A stretch of 64,000 nucleotides of DNA from Deltaproteobacteria bacterium (GCA_016190375.1 JACPQR010000020.1:3665-67664); one strand, 5' to 3'; positions 10,131 to 19,427 are shown, counted from the stretch's first letter. Translations and numbers: made by a program. Notes: a model not told the origin generated them from the letters alone.

Positions 10131-10690
10131 GCCTGGCGGCGAGCGAGCTCGGGCGTTTCCTGGCGCAGCACAAGATCCTCGTGGCGGCCCCCGCGATGGT
10201 CCTGGTCTCCCTGTTGCTGCTGCTCGCTCGTGAGAACGGCCCTACGCCGGCTTCGGGGGGCGGCCCGATCGATCTGGTCGCTCGGCTCAGGGCCCGCAGC
10301 GGCTGGATCGAGAACGCGGTCGGGCGCGCGCGCGCCGAGGACGGGCATGGGCTGTTCCTGCACCCCAGCATGGCGCGGCAAAGGCCCGCCCAGGCCGTCT
10401 TTCCGATCACCCTGCCGCCGAGGTCGTGCTTCGCGGCAGGGCTGATGCTCACCTCCGCCAGGGGAGACGGCGTGATCTTCGAGGTCGAGCTGGCATCTCG
10501 GTCCGAGTCCCGGACCATCATCCGCGAGGTGCTCGCTCCCGACCGGCAGACTCTCGACGTCTGGCGGCCGATTCCAGCCCGCTTCTGCGATCGCCCGGTC
10601 GAGCTGCGCCTGCGCACCCGTCCGGGGCCGACCGACAACTGGGACTGGGCGCGCTTCGAGGCCCCCCGCATCGTCCCCTGCGGAGGCTGA
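10127..10690 (+). CDS. Membrane-anchored protein with NPCBM/NEW2-like beta-sandwich
   Basis: TM helix then GLFLHP...GDGVIFEV...LRLRT...NWDWARFEAPRI. Confidence 0.55.
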   Translation: MSLAASELGRFLAQHKILVAAPAMVLVSLLLLLARENGPTPASGGGPIDLVARLRARSGWIENAVGRARAEDGHGLFLHPSMARQRPAQAVFPITLPPRSCFAAGLMLTSARGDGVIFEVELASRSESRTIIREVLAPDRQTLDVWRPIPARFCDRPVELRLRTRPGPTDNWDWARFEAPRIVPCGG

Positions 10691-10695
10691 TCCCC

Positions 10696-12600
10696 CTACT
10701 CGCGGCCCCGACGCTTCTCTGCGATCTCCCGCAGCAGCGCGCGTCCTCTCGGGTCGCTCGGCGACTGGGTCGCGAACCTCCTTGCCTCGCGCTCGGCCTC
10801 GGCGAGCTCACCCGCGTCGAGCGCGGCGCGTGCCCAGAGACCATGCAGGCTCCGATCCGTCGAGCCCAGCCGGGACGCCTCGCGTAGCTCGACGAGCGCT
10901 TCGCGAGGGCGGCCGGTCGCGAGGCGCAGTCTTCCGCGCAGCAGGTGCACCGTCGCCGACTGCGGCAAGCGCTCCTCGGCCTCGTCCAGGGCCCTGTCGA
11001 GGTCAGACCATCGCCCGGACGTCGCGAGCACGTCGGCAAGCGACCGAAGCGCGCGCTCGCGGAGCCCGAGCTCCCCGACCACGTGCGGCGTCTCGACGGC
11101 CTTGCGATACCACCGCTCCGCTTCCCTCGGGCGGCCCGTTCGCTCGGCGAGCTTGCCCAGGTTCCACTGGATCGCGGTCCAGGCAGGCGCGAGGCGGTAG
11201 GCCCGGAGCAGCTCGCGCTCCGCCTCGGCCAGGCGCTGCACGCCCAGGTACGCCGCCCCCAGGTTCTGATGGGCTCGTGCCGATCCGGGAGCGTGAAGCA
11301 CCGCGTCCTCCCACAGAGCGACGTCGTCTCGCCACACGGCCGTCCGTTGCCAGGTCATGGCGGCGAAGAGCCCGACGAGTGTCACCGTAGCGATACGCGC
11401 CAGCCGCCGGGCGTCGGGACGGTCCAGCGAGGGGATCCAATCGCCGAGCGCCCAGCCCCCGAGCCAGCAGGCGCCGAGCGAAGCCAGGTACGAGTAGCGG
11501 TCGGCGACGGGATTCAGGAGCAGCGGCACGGCGGAGACGGGCAAGACTCCGATCCAGAACCATCCGAGCCCGAAGGTCACCGCGCGGCGCTTCCTGAATG
11601 TCCGGACCGTGAGCCAGCCGAGGGCCAGGATGACCACGGCGCCCGCAAGAACCGCGGAGGGCTCGCGGAACGGCGCGAAGTCGTACTCGGCCGAAAGCGG
11701 CCAGGGGACCACGAGCTTCACCGCGTAGAAGGCCAGGACCGACGCCGCATGATGGACTCGGACCTCGCCGTACAGGCTCCGCGCCGGGCGCGCAGGCTCC
11801 GAGCTCGCCGGCTGGAAGAAGCCCGCCGCCGCGAAGAGCGGGTGACGCTTCCCGGCGGCGGAGTCCCCGGCGATCTCGAGGCCAGCTCCGCCGGAGAGCG
11901 GTGAGAGCGACGGAAAGCCGAGGCGGGCCTGAAACGCCGTCCATGCACCGAACACGAGGATGAGGACGAGCCCGAGGGCGAGCACGCGCTTCTTCTCCGC
12001 GCGCGGCGCGAACGACGGAAAGCAAACGACGCACAGCGCGAGGAGGAGCGGCGCGACGAGGGCGCCCTCCTTCGAGAAGATCGCGAGCGCGGCGGAGATC
12101 GCCGCACCGACGAGCCAGCGCTTGCGACCGGTGGACAGCCAACGGCCGGCGACGAGGACCAGCGCGAGGACGAAGGCCATCGAGAGCGGGTCCTCGCGGT
12201 TCGACGCGTTGGCGACGGCCTCCACGTGGATCGGATGTGCCGCAAAGAGCGCCGCGGCCACACCCGCGACCTCGACCGAGCCCGACAGCTCGCGGAGCAA
12301 GAGGAACGCGAAGAGCGAGCAGATGGCGTGCCAGAGGACGCTCTGCAGGTGGTATCCGACCGGCGAACCGCCGGACAGCGCCCGGTCCACCAGGTGGGTG
12401 AGCACCAGGACGGGACGGCCTTGATCCGGGAACGCCTCGCGGAAGTAGCGAGAGGGCGCGAGCTCGGAAGGTCCCCGCGCCTCGTTCAGGAACCGATTCT
12501 GGACGATGTGCGAATCGTCGTCGTAGGTGAAGTCGAAGCCCAGCGTGCCCGCGTACGGGACGGTCGCCACGATCGCCACGACGAGCGCCCAGCGGCTCAT
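10696..12600 (-). CDS. TMTC-like GT-C membrane glycosyltransferase with C-terminal TPR repeats
   Basis: FTYDDDSHIVQN, LFAAHPIHVEAVA, FSKE, ADRYSYL, WRDDVALW, followed by TPRs. Confidence 0.85.
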   Translation of the reverse strand: MSRWALVVAIVATVPYAGTLGFDFTYDDDSHIVQNRFLNEARGPSELAPSRYFREAFPDQGRPVLVLTHLVDRALSGGSPVGYHLQSVLWHAICSLFAFLLLRELSGSVEVAGVAAALFAAHPIHVEAVANASNREDPLSMAFVLALVLVAGRWLSTGRKRWLVGAAISAALAIFSKEGALVAPLLLALCVVCFPSFAPRAEKKRVLALGLVLILVFGAWTAFQARLGFPSLSPLSGGAGLEIAGDSAAGKRHPLFAAAGFFQPASSEPARPARSLYGEVRVHHAASVLAFYAVKLVVPWPLSAEYDFAPFREPSAVLAGAVVILALGWLTVRTFRKRRAVTFGLGWFWIGVLPVSAVPLLLNPVADRYSYLASLGACWLGGWALGDWIPSLDRPDARRLARIATVTLVGLFAAMTWQRTAVWRDDVALWEDAVLHAPGSARAHQNLGAAYLGVQRLAEAERELLRAYRLAPAWTAIQWNLGKLAERTGRPREAERWYRKAVETPHVVGELGLRERALRSLADVLATSGRWSDLDRALDEAEERLPQSATVHLLRGRLRLATGRPREALVELREASRLGSTDRSLHGLWARAALDAGELAEAEREARRFATQSPSDPRGRALLREIAEKRRGRE

Positions 12601-13346
12601 GACAGCTCGTCGAGGTAGCTGCGGTACCTCGCGACGCACTCCTCTACGGGCGCATCGACCTCGATCCTGCCGCTCCTCAGCCAGATCGCGCGCGTGCATG
12701 CCCGCCGAACGGCGTCGAGGTCGTGCGACGCGAGGAGGATCGAGGTCCCGGCCTGTTGCAGCTCCTCGATGCGGCGCAGGCACTTGCGCTGGAACGCGCC
12801 GTCCCCGACGGACAGCACCTCGTCTATGAGCAGCAGATCCGCGTCCACGTGCATCACCACGGCGAACGCGAGCCGCGCGACCATGCCCGCGGAGTAGGTC
12901 CGCAGCGGAGCGTTCTCGAAGCCGCCGAGGTCCGCGAAGTCGAGGATCGGCCGCAGCCGGCTCGAGCCCTGGTCGCGGTCGAGGCCGAGCAAGCTCGCGC
13001 TGGCGAACGCATTCTCCGGCGCGGTCATGTCGGGCTGGAAGCCCACGCCCAGGGCGAGCAGGGGCGCCAGCCGCCCCCGGACCGAGACGACGCCCCGGGT
13101 CGGCAGGATCGAGCCGGTCGCGAGGGAGAGGAGCGTGCTCTTGCCGCTCCCGTTCTCCCCCAGGATCGCGACGGACTGGGACGCCGGGATCTGCAGATCG
13201 ATGGCGTCGACCGCCCAGAAGGCCTCGTCGCCGTTCGCCTCGCGTCCCTGCCCCCACTTGCCCGCGACGAGGAACGGCCTGACGTTGCGCCTCACGTACT
13301 GCTTCGAGACCGAGTCGAACCGAAGGACGAGGTCCGGGCTAGACAT
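12597..13346 (-). CDS. wzt: Polysaccharide ABC exporter ATP-binding subunit (Wzt, no C-terminal carbohydrate-binding domain)
   Basis: GENGSGKST, YSAGMVARLAFAV, LLIDEVLSVGDGAFQRKC, SHDL. Confidence 0.92.
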   Translation of the reverse strand: MSSPDLVLRFDSVSKQYVRRNVRPFLVAGKWGQGREANGDEAFWAVDAIDLQIPASQSVAILGENGSGKSTLLSLATGSILPTRGVVSVRGRLAPLLALGVGFQPDMTAPENAFASASLLGLDRDQGSSRLRPILDFADLGGFENAPLRTYSAGMVARLAFAVVMHVDADLLLIDEVLSVGDGAFQRKCLRRIEELQQAGTSILLASHDLDAVRRACTRAIWLRSGRIEVDAPVEECVARYRSYLDELS

Positions 13347-14235
13347 GGTCGGCGATTCGAGACGCGAACCTCCGATAGGTGAGGGCGCCGGCCACGAACA
13401 GCGCGAGCGTCGTCGCGACGCTCAGGGCGAGCGCTCTCGCAGGTGGAGCCTCGCCGTCCATCACGATGTCGCGCACGCACTCGATGAGACCGGTCATCGG
13501 GTTCAGGAACAGTATCCCGCGGACCCGATCCGAGACCGCTTCCACCGGGTACACGATGGGCGTGAGCCAGAAGACCATCAAGAGGAGCGAGCCCACGAGA
13601 TAGCCGACGTCGCGGTACAGGACGTTGAGAGGCGCGGAGGCGAGCGACAGGGCGAGGCCGAGGAGGCAGACGAGGACGACGATCAGTGGGAGCAGGAAGA
13701 GCGCGGCCGAGAGATGGAAGGAATCGGGGTAGAAGACGAGCAAGGGCAGCATGCCGAGCGAGCTGAACCCGAGCGAGATGCCGTTCGACAGGATCGTCGC
13801 CACGATGACGAGGTAAGGGGGAAGCTCGGTTCGCTTGACGATCTCGGAGTAGCGCATGAGGCAGTCGGTCGCCTCGAGCCAGGCGTGGGAGAGGAAGTTC
13901 CACAGGACGAGGCCGATGAGGAGGAACACCGGATAGCCCTCGCGCGCCTGAGGGAAGAGGCGCCCGAAGACGACGGAGACGACCGCCGTCAGGATGAGAG
14001 GGTTTGCGATCGGCCAGAAGACCCCGAGAGCCTGCGCGCGGTGCGTCGAGCGGTACTGCATGGCGACGAGGACCCGCAGCGCATGGCGGTGCTGGCGGAG
14101 CTCCCACAGCAGGGTTCCGATCCGGCTCCTCGAGCGTCCCGGATCGGCCTCGTCGGCGACGAGCGTTCCAGTGCAGGTGCGGTGCCGGAACAGAGCGGCG
14201 CGGGGCGCGGCCACGAGGTGCCACCTTGCCAGCAT
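13339..14235 (-). CDS. wzm: Polysaccharide ABC exporter permease (Wzm)
   Basis: LGVFWPIANPLI, LNVLYRDVGYLV, FWLTPIVYP, NPMTGLIE; start uncertain. Confidence 0.88.
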   Translation of the reverse strand: MLARWHLVAAPRAALFRHRTCTGTLVADEADPGRSRSRIGTLLWELRQHRHALRVLVAMQYRSTHRAQALGVFWPIANPLILTAVVSVVFGRLFPQAREGYPVFLLIGLVLWNFLSHAWLEATDCLMRYSEIVKRTELPPYLVIVATILSNGISLGFSSLGMLPLLVFYPDSFHLSAALFLLPLIVVLVCLLGLALSLASAPLNVLYRDVGYLVGSLLLMVFWLTPIVYPVEAVSDRVRGILFLNPMTGLIECVRDIVMDGEAPPARALALSVATTLALFVAGALTYRRFASRIADHV

Positions 14236-14355
14236 CGCCCTCGCGAGGTCAACACGGTGCCGGCACGAGGTTTCTTCGCAATCTGTCACTCGACAGGTGA
14301 CAGCTCGCTCCGGGGCCTGACAACGCCAGGCGGCTTGAGGTACGCTCGTCGTGAA

Positions 14356-15138
14356 GTGCGGCATCTGGCGCTCCCGGCCCTCGGGCTCCTCGCGCTGTCG
14401 TGCGGGTCCGGCAGCTTCGGCGGGACTCCGATCGGCGGCAGCCCATGCGACGTGGTGGTATGTGCGCCGGGGCACTCGTGCGTGGAAGGGGTATGCGTTC
14501 AAGACGACGCTTGCGCGAACGTCGGCTGCCAGGTGGGGTGGGTCTGCAGCCGGGGGAGCTGCGTCGCGCCGAGGCTCGACGAGGACGGCGACACCTTCGG
14601 CGCGGGGGCGGACTGCGACGACAGGGACCCGCAGATCATCCCGGGGACGACGCGGCCCTGCGCGAATCGCTGCGGGAACGGAGTGACCGTCTGCCAGAAC
14701 GGGGCGTGGTCGGACTGCACCTCACCCGAGGAGTGCAGCTGCGATCCACCCGGATCGGCGCGGCGAGAGCCGTGCGGGCGCTGCGGGACGGCGAATCGGA
14801 GCTGCACCGCCGACGGGGTATGGGCCCGCGACCCGGGTCCCTGCGACGGCCAGGGCGCCTGCGAGCCCGGCTCGGAGCAGGTCGAGGCGTGCGGGGACTG
14901 CTCCACGAGGGGGCGGTCGTGCGGCGCCGAATGCCTCTGGGCCGACTGGGCGGCATGCGAGCGTTCGTCGCAGTGCGATCCCGCCGCGGGCCCCGAGGTC
15001 GCGGACTGCACGGAGTGCGGCACGCAAGAGAGGTCCTGCACGGGGACGTGCCTGTGGGGGACTTGGGGCCTCTGCGAAGGCGGCGATGACAAGTGCGACA
15101 CGCCGATGACTTGCAGCACGAACGGGCTGTGCGCCTGA
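14356..15138 (+). CDS. Cys-rich lipoprotein with putative metal-binding (DxDGD...DCDD) motif
   Basis: GTG start, lipobox LALSC; LDEDGDTFGAGADCDDRDPQIIPG; repeated CGxCG...C...WxxC units. Confidence 0.75.
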   Translation: MRHLALPALGLLALSCGSGSFGGTPIGGSPCDVVVCAPGHSCVEGVCVQDDACANVGCQVGWVCSRGSCVAPRLDEDGDTFGAGADCDDRDPQIIPGTTRPCANRCGNGVTVCQNGAWSDCTSPEECSCDPPGSARREPCGRCGTANRSCTADGVWARDPGPCDGQGACEPGSEQVEACGDCSTRGRSCGAECLWADWAACERSSQCDPAAGPEVADCTECGTQERSCTGTCLWGTWGLCEGGDDKCDTPMTCSTNGLCA

Positions 15139-16223
15139 TCGGCACTCCGCTCCATCTCCCGCTCTATCGCGTGCAGCGCTTCTTCGGCGACGGCCCGCTT
15201 CTGCCGGCCAGCTACACCTTCAGTGTCGTCACCGCCTGCAACGCGCGTTGCCGGACGTGCCGCTCCTACGATCGTGCGGTCGGCCAGCTCGGCGTGGACG
15301 AGTACGACCGGATCGCCCGCTCCATCCGCCAGCGAGGCTTCTGGCTGACCTTGACCGGCGGCGAGCCTCTCGTTCGCAGGGACCTCGCGGATCTGGTCGA
15401 CGCGCTGGTCCGCGGCATTCGCCCCCGCCTGGTGACCCTCCCGACCAACGGCTCCTTTCCCGACAGGGTGAAGGACGTGGTCGGCAGATTGGCCGCTCGG
15501 TGGCCGTCGGTGCACTTCGTCGCGAACGTGTCGCTCGACGAGATCGGGCCGAGGCACGACGAGCTCCGCGGTCTCCCGGGAAGCTTCGACCTCGCGATCG
15601 AGACGCTCCGCGCCCTTCGCACCATCGGGGCGCGAAACCTGACGATCGGGATCAACACGGTGGTCTCGCGGTTCAACGCGGCGCGCTTCCCCGAGGTGTG
15701 CGACGGGCTCCTCGCGCTCGAGCCCGAGTCGTACGTCGTCGAGATCGCGCAGGACCGGATGGAGCTCGGGATGGCCGGGGCGGGCCTCGCGCCCTCGCAT
15801 GCCGAGTGGAGTCGCGCCAGGGCCCATCTGCGGGACCGGCTACGCTCGCGCCGAACGACCGCGCTGGCGCGGCTCATCGCGACGCTGAGGGACGACTACT
15901 ACCGCCGGGTCGAGCACGAGCTCGGCGGCAGGAAGGGCGGCCGCGCCTGCCTCGCGGCGACCGCGTCGGCGTTCGTCGCGCCCGACGGCGAGGTGCTGGC
16001 TTGCGGCGTTCGGGGCGAGTCGCTCGGACGGCTGGCGGAGGCCGACTACGACTTTCCGACCGTCTGGCACGGCGAGCGCGCGCGCAGCGTTCGCCGCCGG
16101 ATCGCGGACGACCGCTGCTCCTGCTCGCTGGCGAACCAGGCTTATCTAGACCTCGCGGCCGATCCGTTCGCGGTCCTGCGCCTGATCATGAGGTCCACCG
16201 GGATCGGGATCACCTCTTCCTGA
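15129..16223 (+). CDS. Radical SAM protein with SPASM/twitch-like C-terminal domain
   Basis: CNARCRTC (CxxxCxxC), LTGGEP, TNGS, CLAA...PDGEVLAC...CSC. Confidence 0.88.
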   Translation: MRLIGTPLHLPLYRVQRFFGDGPLLPASYTFSVVTACNARCRTCRSYDRAVGQLGVDEYDRIARSIRQRGFWLTLTGGEPLVRRDLADLVDALVRGIRPRLVTLPTNGSFPDRVKDVVGRLAARWPSVHFVANVSLDEIGPRHDELRGLPGSFDLAIETLRALRTIGARNLTIGINTVVSRFNAARFPEVCDGLLALEPESYVVEIAQDRMELGMAGAGLAPSHAEWSRARAHLRDRLRSRRTTALARLIATLRDDYYRRVEHELGGRKGGRACLAATASAFVAPDGEVLACGVRGESLGRLAEADYDFPTVWHGERARSVRRRIADDRCSCSLANQAYLDLAADPFAVLRLIMRSTGIGITSS

Positions 16224-17991
16224 CGATCGCGCGACCGATGACGAGGACGTCGATCTCGGTCTTCTGGAAGCACGAGAGTGCATCGCCGGGGGTGCAGACG
16301 ATCGGCTCGTCGCGGACGTTGAAGCTCGTGTTGACGAGGACCGGGCAGCCCGTGCGGGCGAAGAACGCACGGAGCAGTCGGTGGAAGAGCGGGTTGGTCG
16401 CGGGGTCGACCGTCTGGATCCTCGCCGTGTCGTCGACGTGGGTGACCGCGGGGATCGTCGAGCGCACGACGCGCTGTCGATCGAACCCGACGATTGACGC
16501 CTCCTCGCCGGTCAGCGGCCGGCGGTGCGGATCGGCGACCTTGGATACGAGCAGCATGTAGGGGCTCTCGCGGTCGAGGTCGAACCAGCGGGAGACCTCC
16601 TCGCGGAGCACCGCCGGCGCGAAGGGGCGGAACGACTCGCGGAACTTCACCTTGAGGTTCAGGACCGACTGCATCTCGGGCCTCCGCGGGTCGGCGAGGA
16701 TGGACCTCGCGCCCAGCGCCCTCGGACCGAACTCCATCCGTCCTTGGAACCAGCCGACCGCCTGACCGTCGATGAGCGCGTCCACCGTGTGCCGCAGGAG
16801 ATCCTCCTCGTCATGGAGGGCGAACGAGACGCCGCGAGCCGACAGGGTGCGCTGGATCTCGTCCTCGGAGAACGAATCACCGAGGAAGGCGCCCTGCATC
16901 GCGTCGCCGCCGGTGAGGGAGCGGGGCTCGTCCAGCAGCGCGTGGGTTGCGTACAGAGCTGCCCCGAGCGCGCCTCCCGCGTCGCCGGCGGCGGGTTGGA
17001 TCCAGAGCCGATCGAACGGGCCCTCGCGGAGCAGCCGTCCATTCGCAACGCAGTTGAGAGCCACGCCGCCGGCGAGGCAGAGGTCCTTCATCCCCGTCCG
17101 CGCGGCGGCCGTGCGCGCGATCCTTAGGACGACCTCCTCGGTCACGCGCTGGACCGACGCCGCCAGGTCCATGTGGATGCGCTCGATGGGCTCGAAGGGC
17201 GAGCGCGGCGGGCCGCCGAACAGGTCGTGAAAGCGCCGCCCGGTCATGCTCAGGCCAGCGCAGAAGTCGAAGAAATCGAGGTCGAGGCGGAACGATCCGT
17301 CTTCCTTCAGGTCCACGAGACGCTCGAGGATGAGCCCCTCGAAACGCGGCTCGCCGTAGGGGGCCAGGCCCATCACCTTGTACTCGTCCGCGTTGACCTC
17401 GAACCCGATGTACTGCGTGAACGCCGCGTAGAGCAGCCCGAGCGAGTGGGGAAACCTCAGCTCGTCGAGGATCCTCAGGCTCCTGCCGTCACCGATGCCG
17501 ATGGAGCCTGTCGCCCATTCGCCGACGCCGTCCAGCGTGACGACGGCAGCGCGCTCGAACGGCGATGGAAAGAAGGCGCTCGCCGCGTGGCTGAGGTGGT
17601 GCTCCGCGAACAGGAGCCGGTCCTCCGACGGGAAGCGGGCGTCGATCGCGGCGAGCTCGCGGCAGAGCCGGCGCTTCTGGAAGAGTCGCTCGCGCGCCCA
17701 CAGGGGCATCGCCATCCCGAACGAGCGAAAGCCGCGCGGCGCGAGCGCCAGGTACGTCTCGAGCAGCCGATCGAACTTGAGAAAGGGCTTCTCGTAGAAG
17801 ACGACCCGGTCGACGTCGCGGAGCTCGACTCCGCACGCGGACAGGACCGAACGGATGGCCCGGGCGGGGAAGGACGCGTCGAACTTCTTCCTCGAGAAGC
17901 GCTCCTCCTGGGCGGCGGCGACGATCCGGCCGTCCTCGACCAGCGCCGCGGCGCTGTCGTGGTAGTAGGCCGAGATCCCCAGGACGCGCAC
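16210..17991 (-). CDS. Carbamoyltransferase (NodU/CmcH/SxtI family)
   Basis: [74 protein letters not shown]. Confidence 0.96.
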   Translation of the reverse strand: MRVLGISAYYHDSAAALVEDGRIVAAAQEERFSRKKFDASFPARAIRSVLSACGVELRDVDRVVFYEKPFLKFDRLLETYLALAPRGFRSFGMAMPLWARERLFQKRRLCRELAAIDARFPSEDRLLFAEHHLSHAASAFFPSPFERAAVVTLDGVGEWATGSIGIGDGRSLRILDELRFPHSLGLLYAAFTQYIGFEVNADEYKVMGLAPYGEPRFEGLILERLVDLKEDGSFRLDLDFFDFCAGLSMTGRRFHDLFGGPPRSPFEPIERIHMDLAASVQRVTEEVVLRIARTAAARTGMKDLCLAGGVALNCVANGRLLREGPFDRLWIQPAAGDAGGALGAALYATHALLDEPRSLTGGDAMQGAFLGDSFSEDEIQRTLSARGVSFALHDEEDLLRHTVDALIDGQAVGWFQGRMEFGPRALGARSILADPRRPEMQSVLNLKVKFRESFRPFAPAVLREEVSRWFDLDRESPYMLLVSKVADPHRRPLTGEEASIVGFDRQRVVRSTIPAVTHVDDTARIQTVDPATNPLFHRLLRAFFARTGCPVLVNTSFNVRDEPIVCTPGDALSCFQKTEIDVLVIGRAIVRKR

Positions 17992-18001
17992 GCTCGAGCG
18001 C

Positions 18002-18154
18002 TCAGAACAGCGTGTAGATGAACGGGGCGACCGGGCTCGTCTGGGCGAGGACGAGGAGGCCGATCAGCACTAGGAGCACGAGGATGAGCGGGAAGAGCCA
18101 GAGCTTCTTGTTCGCCGCCAGGTACTGGAGAAACTCGCGGACGAAGCCGGCCAC
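18002..18154 (-). CDS. Small membrane protein, DUF5989 / SxtK-like (50 aa; not in ORF track)
   Basis: GTG-AGFVREFLQYLAANKKLWLFPLILVLLVLIGLLVLAQTSPVAPFIYTLF*; typical ...APFIYTLF end and position between SxtJ and carbamoyltransferase. Confidence 0.85.
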   Translation of the reverse strand: MAGFVREFLQYLAANKKLWLFPLILVLLVLIGLLVLAQTSPVAPFIYTLF

Positions 18155-18155
18155 G

Positions 18156-18584
18156 TCAGAACTGGACCTTCATCGATTCGGCAGGTGTGCGGGTCTCTTC
18201 GCGCCTGTGCCAGAAGCTCGGCGCGCCCGGCCGCCGTCGAAGCCCGAGCGGGTCTCGCCCGAACAGGCGGGAGGCCACGGCCACCGGAGTCAAGACGACG
18301 AAGAATGCGATCGCGAGGACCACGACGCCGACGATTCGCTCGACGACGCCCGTGACCCGCGACCATGCGGCGGCGGCGGGCCCGAACAGCCGCGGCAGCA
18401 CCACCGCCGTGGCGGCGACGGCCGAGCCCACCGCGAGCAGCACCCATCTCGGTGATCCACCGCGAACGATCGGCCACGTCGCGAAGAACGCGCAAGCGAC
18501 GCCGATGGCGACTCCGAAGGCCCGGTTCGAGACAGGCCTGCGCGGCGGCCGCCGGTAGTCCTCGTGCAGGCCGCCACCGTTCAC
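18156..18584 (-). CDS. SxtJ family membrane protein
   Basis: SNRAFG, two TM segments, FFVVLTPVA...GRDPLGLR...SFW...MKVQF. Confidence 0.85.
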   Translation of the reverse strand: MNGGGLHEDYRRPPRRPVSNRAFGVAIGVACAFFATWPIVRGGSPRWVLLAVGSAVAATAVVLPRLFGPAAAAWSRVTGVVERIVGVVVLAIAFFVVLTPVAVASRLFGRDPLGLRRRPGAPSFWHRREETRTPAESMKVQF

Positions 18585-18624
18585 GGCAGGTATCGTTCAC
18601 GAACGCGACCGGCGGCGTCAAGCG

Positions 18625-18678
18625 AGCCGACCGCCAGGGTGACACGCACCCAGCCGACCGCCAGGGGGACACGCACCC
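18625..18678. repeat. Tandem 27-bp duplication (AGCCGACCGCCAGGG[T/G]GACACGCACCC x2)
   Basis: Two adjacent copies differ at one position; second copy overlaps the left end of the palindromic element. Confidence 0.9.
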
Positions 18679-18848
18679 GGTTGGCAACCCATCGATTACA
18701 AAGACCTTTCGGGGACAACCGCGCGTTTTGCACCGCGTGCCCGTGGTCAGCCGCAGGATGCTTGACCCTGCGGCGATGGGGATAGATCGCGCGGTTGTGC
18801 CTACGACCGCAATGATTCTACGGTGTTGCGGACCGGGTGCGTGTCCCC
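18665..18848. repeat. 184-bp palindromic intergenic element (REP/MITE-like): two inverted GGGGACACGCACCCG-N38-ACCGCGCG units
   Basis: Perfect 15-bp terminal IR (18665-18679/18834-18848), inner 11-bp IR (18715-18725/18788-18798), central 8-bp hairpin (18750-18757/18767-18774). Confidence 0.85.
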
Positions 18849-18917
18849 GATCCGGTGCCGTCGTTTCTCGACCGTTCTCTCACGGCGGGGTATCTTGCCC
18901 GTGTTGGTGCCGACGAG

Positions 18918-19427
18918 ATGATCCTGAACGATCTGACCCCGTTGCACTGGGCCGTGGCCGGGCTCGGCATCGGCCTCGTCACGCTCGCTCTCCTTTTCCT
19001 CGCCGGCCAGCGATTGGGCGTGTCGACTGGCTTCGAGAGCATCTGCGGGCTCCTCCTGCGCGTTCCCTACCTGCAGCGCCCCGAGATCCGCTCGTCGCGG
19101 GGCTACCGTCTGCCGTTCACGGCCGGCCTCGTGCTCGGTGGTCTCCTCTCCGCGGTCCTCGGCGGAGGGTGGGCGCCGACCTGGGAGCTAGGGATGCTCG
19201 ATGACGCGATCCACGCGAGCCCCGCGGCGAAGCTCGCGTGGATGTTCGCGGGCGGCCTCCTCATCGGGTTCGGGACTCGGCTCGCCGGCGGCTGCACGAG
19301 CGGCCACGGCATCTTCGGGATCTCGAGCGGCGACCGGTCAAGCATCGTGTCGACGCTGGCCTTCATGGCCGCCGGCGCATTCGTCACGAACATCGTCTAT
19401 CGCCTGCTCGTCGGAGCAGCGCCCTGA
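18918..19427 (+). CDS. YeeE/YedE family sulfur-compound transporter subunit
   Basis: RLGVSTG, GFGTRLAGGCTSGHG motif. Confidence 0.9.
   Translation: MILNDLTPLHWAVAGLGIGLVTLALLFLAGQRLGVSTGFESICGLLLRVPYLQRPEIRSSRGYRLPFTAGLVLGGLLSAVLGGGWAPTWELGMLDDAIHASPAAKLAWMFAGGLLIGFGTRLAGGCTSGHGIFGISSGDRSSIVSTLAFMAAGAFVTNIVYRLLVGAAP

Noticed and set aside
16210-18584. Saxitoxin biosynthesis
   Set aside because: Only the widespread sxtIJK-like trio is present; sxtA, sxtG and sxtB are absent and the context is a glycan locus.
18665-18848. Possible mini-CRISPR (38-nt variable spacers)
   Set aside because: Units are inverted or isolated rather than tandem direct repeats, the two flanking blocks differ, and there are no cas genes.
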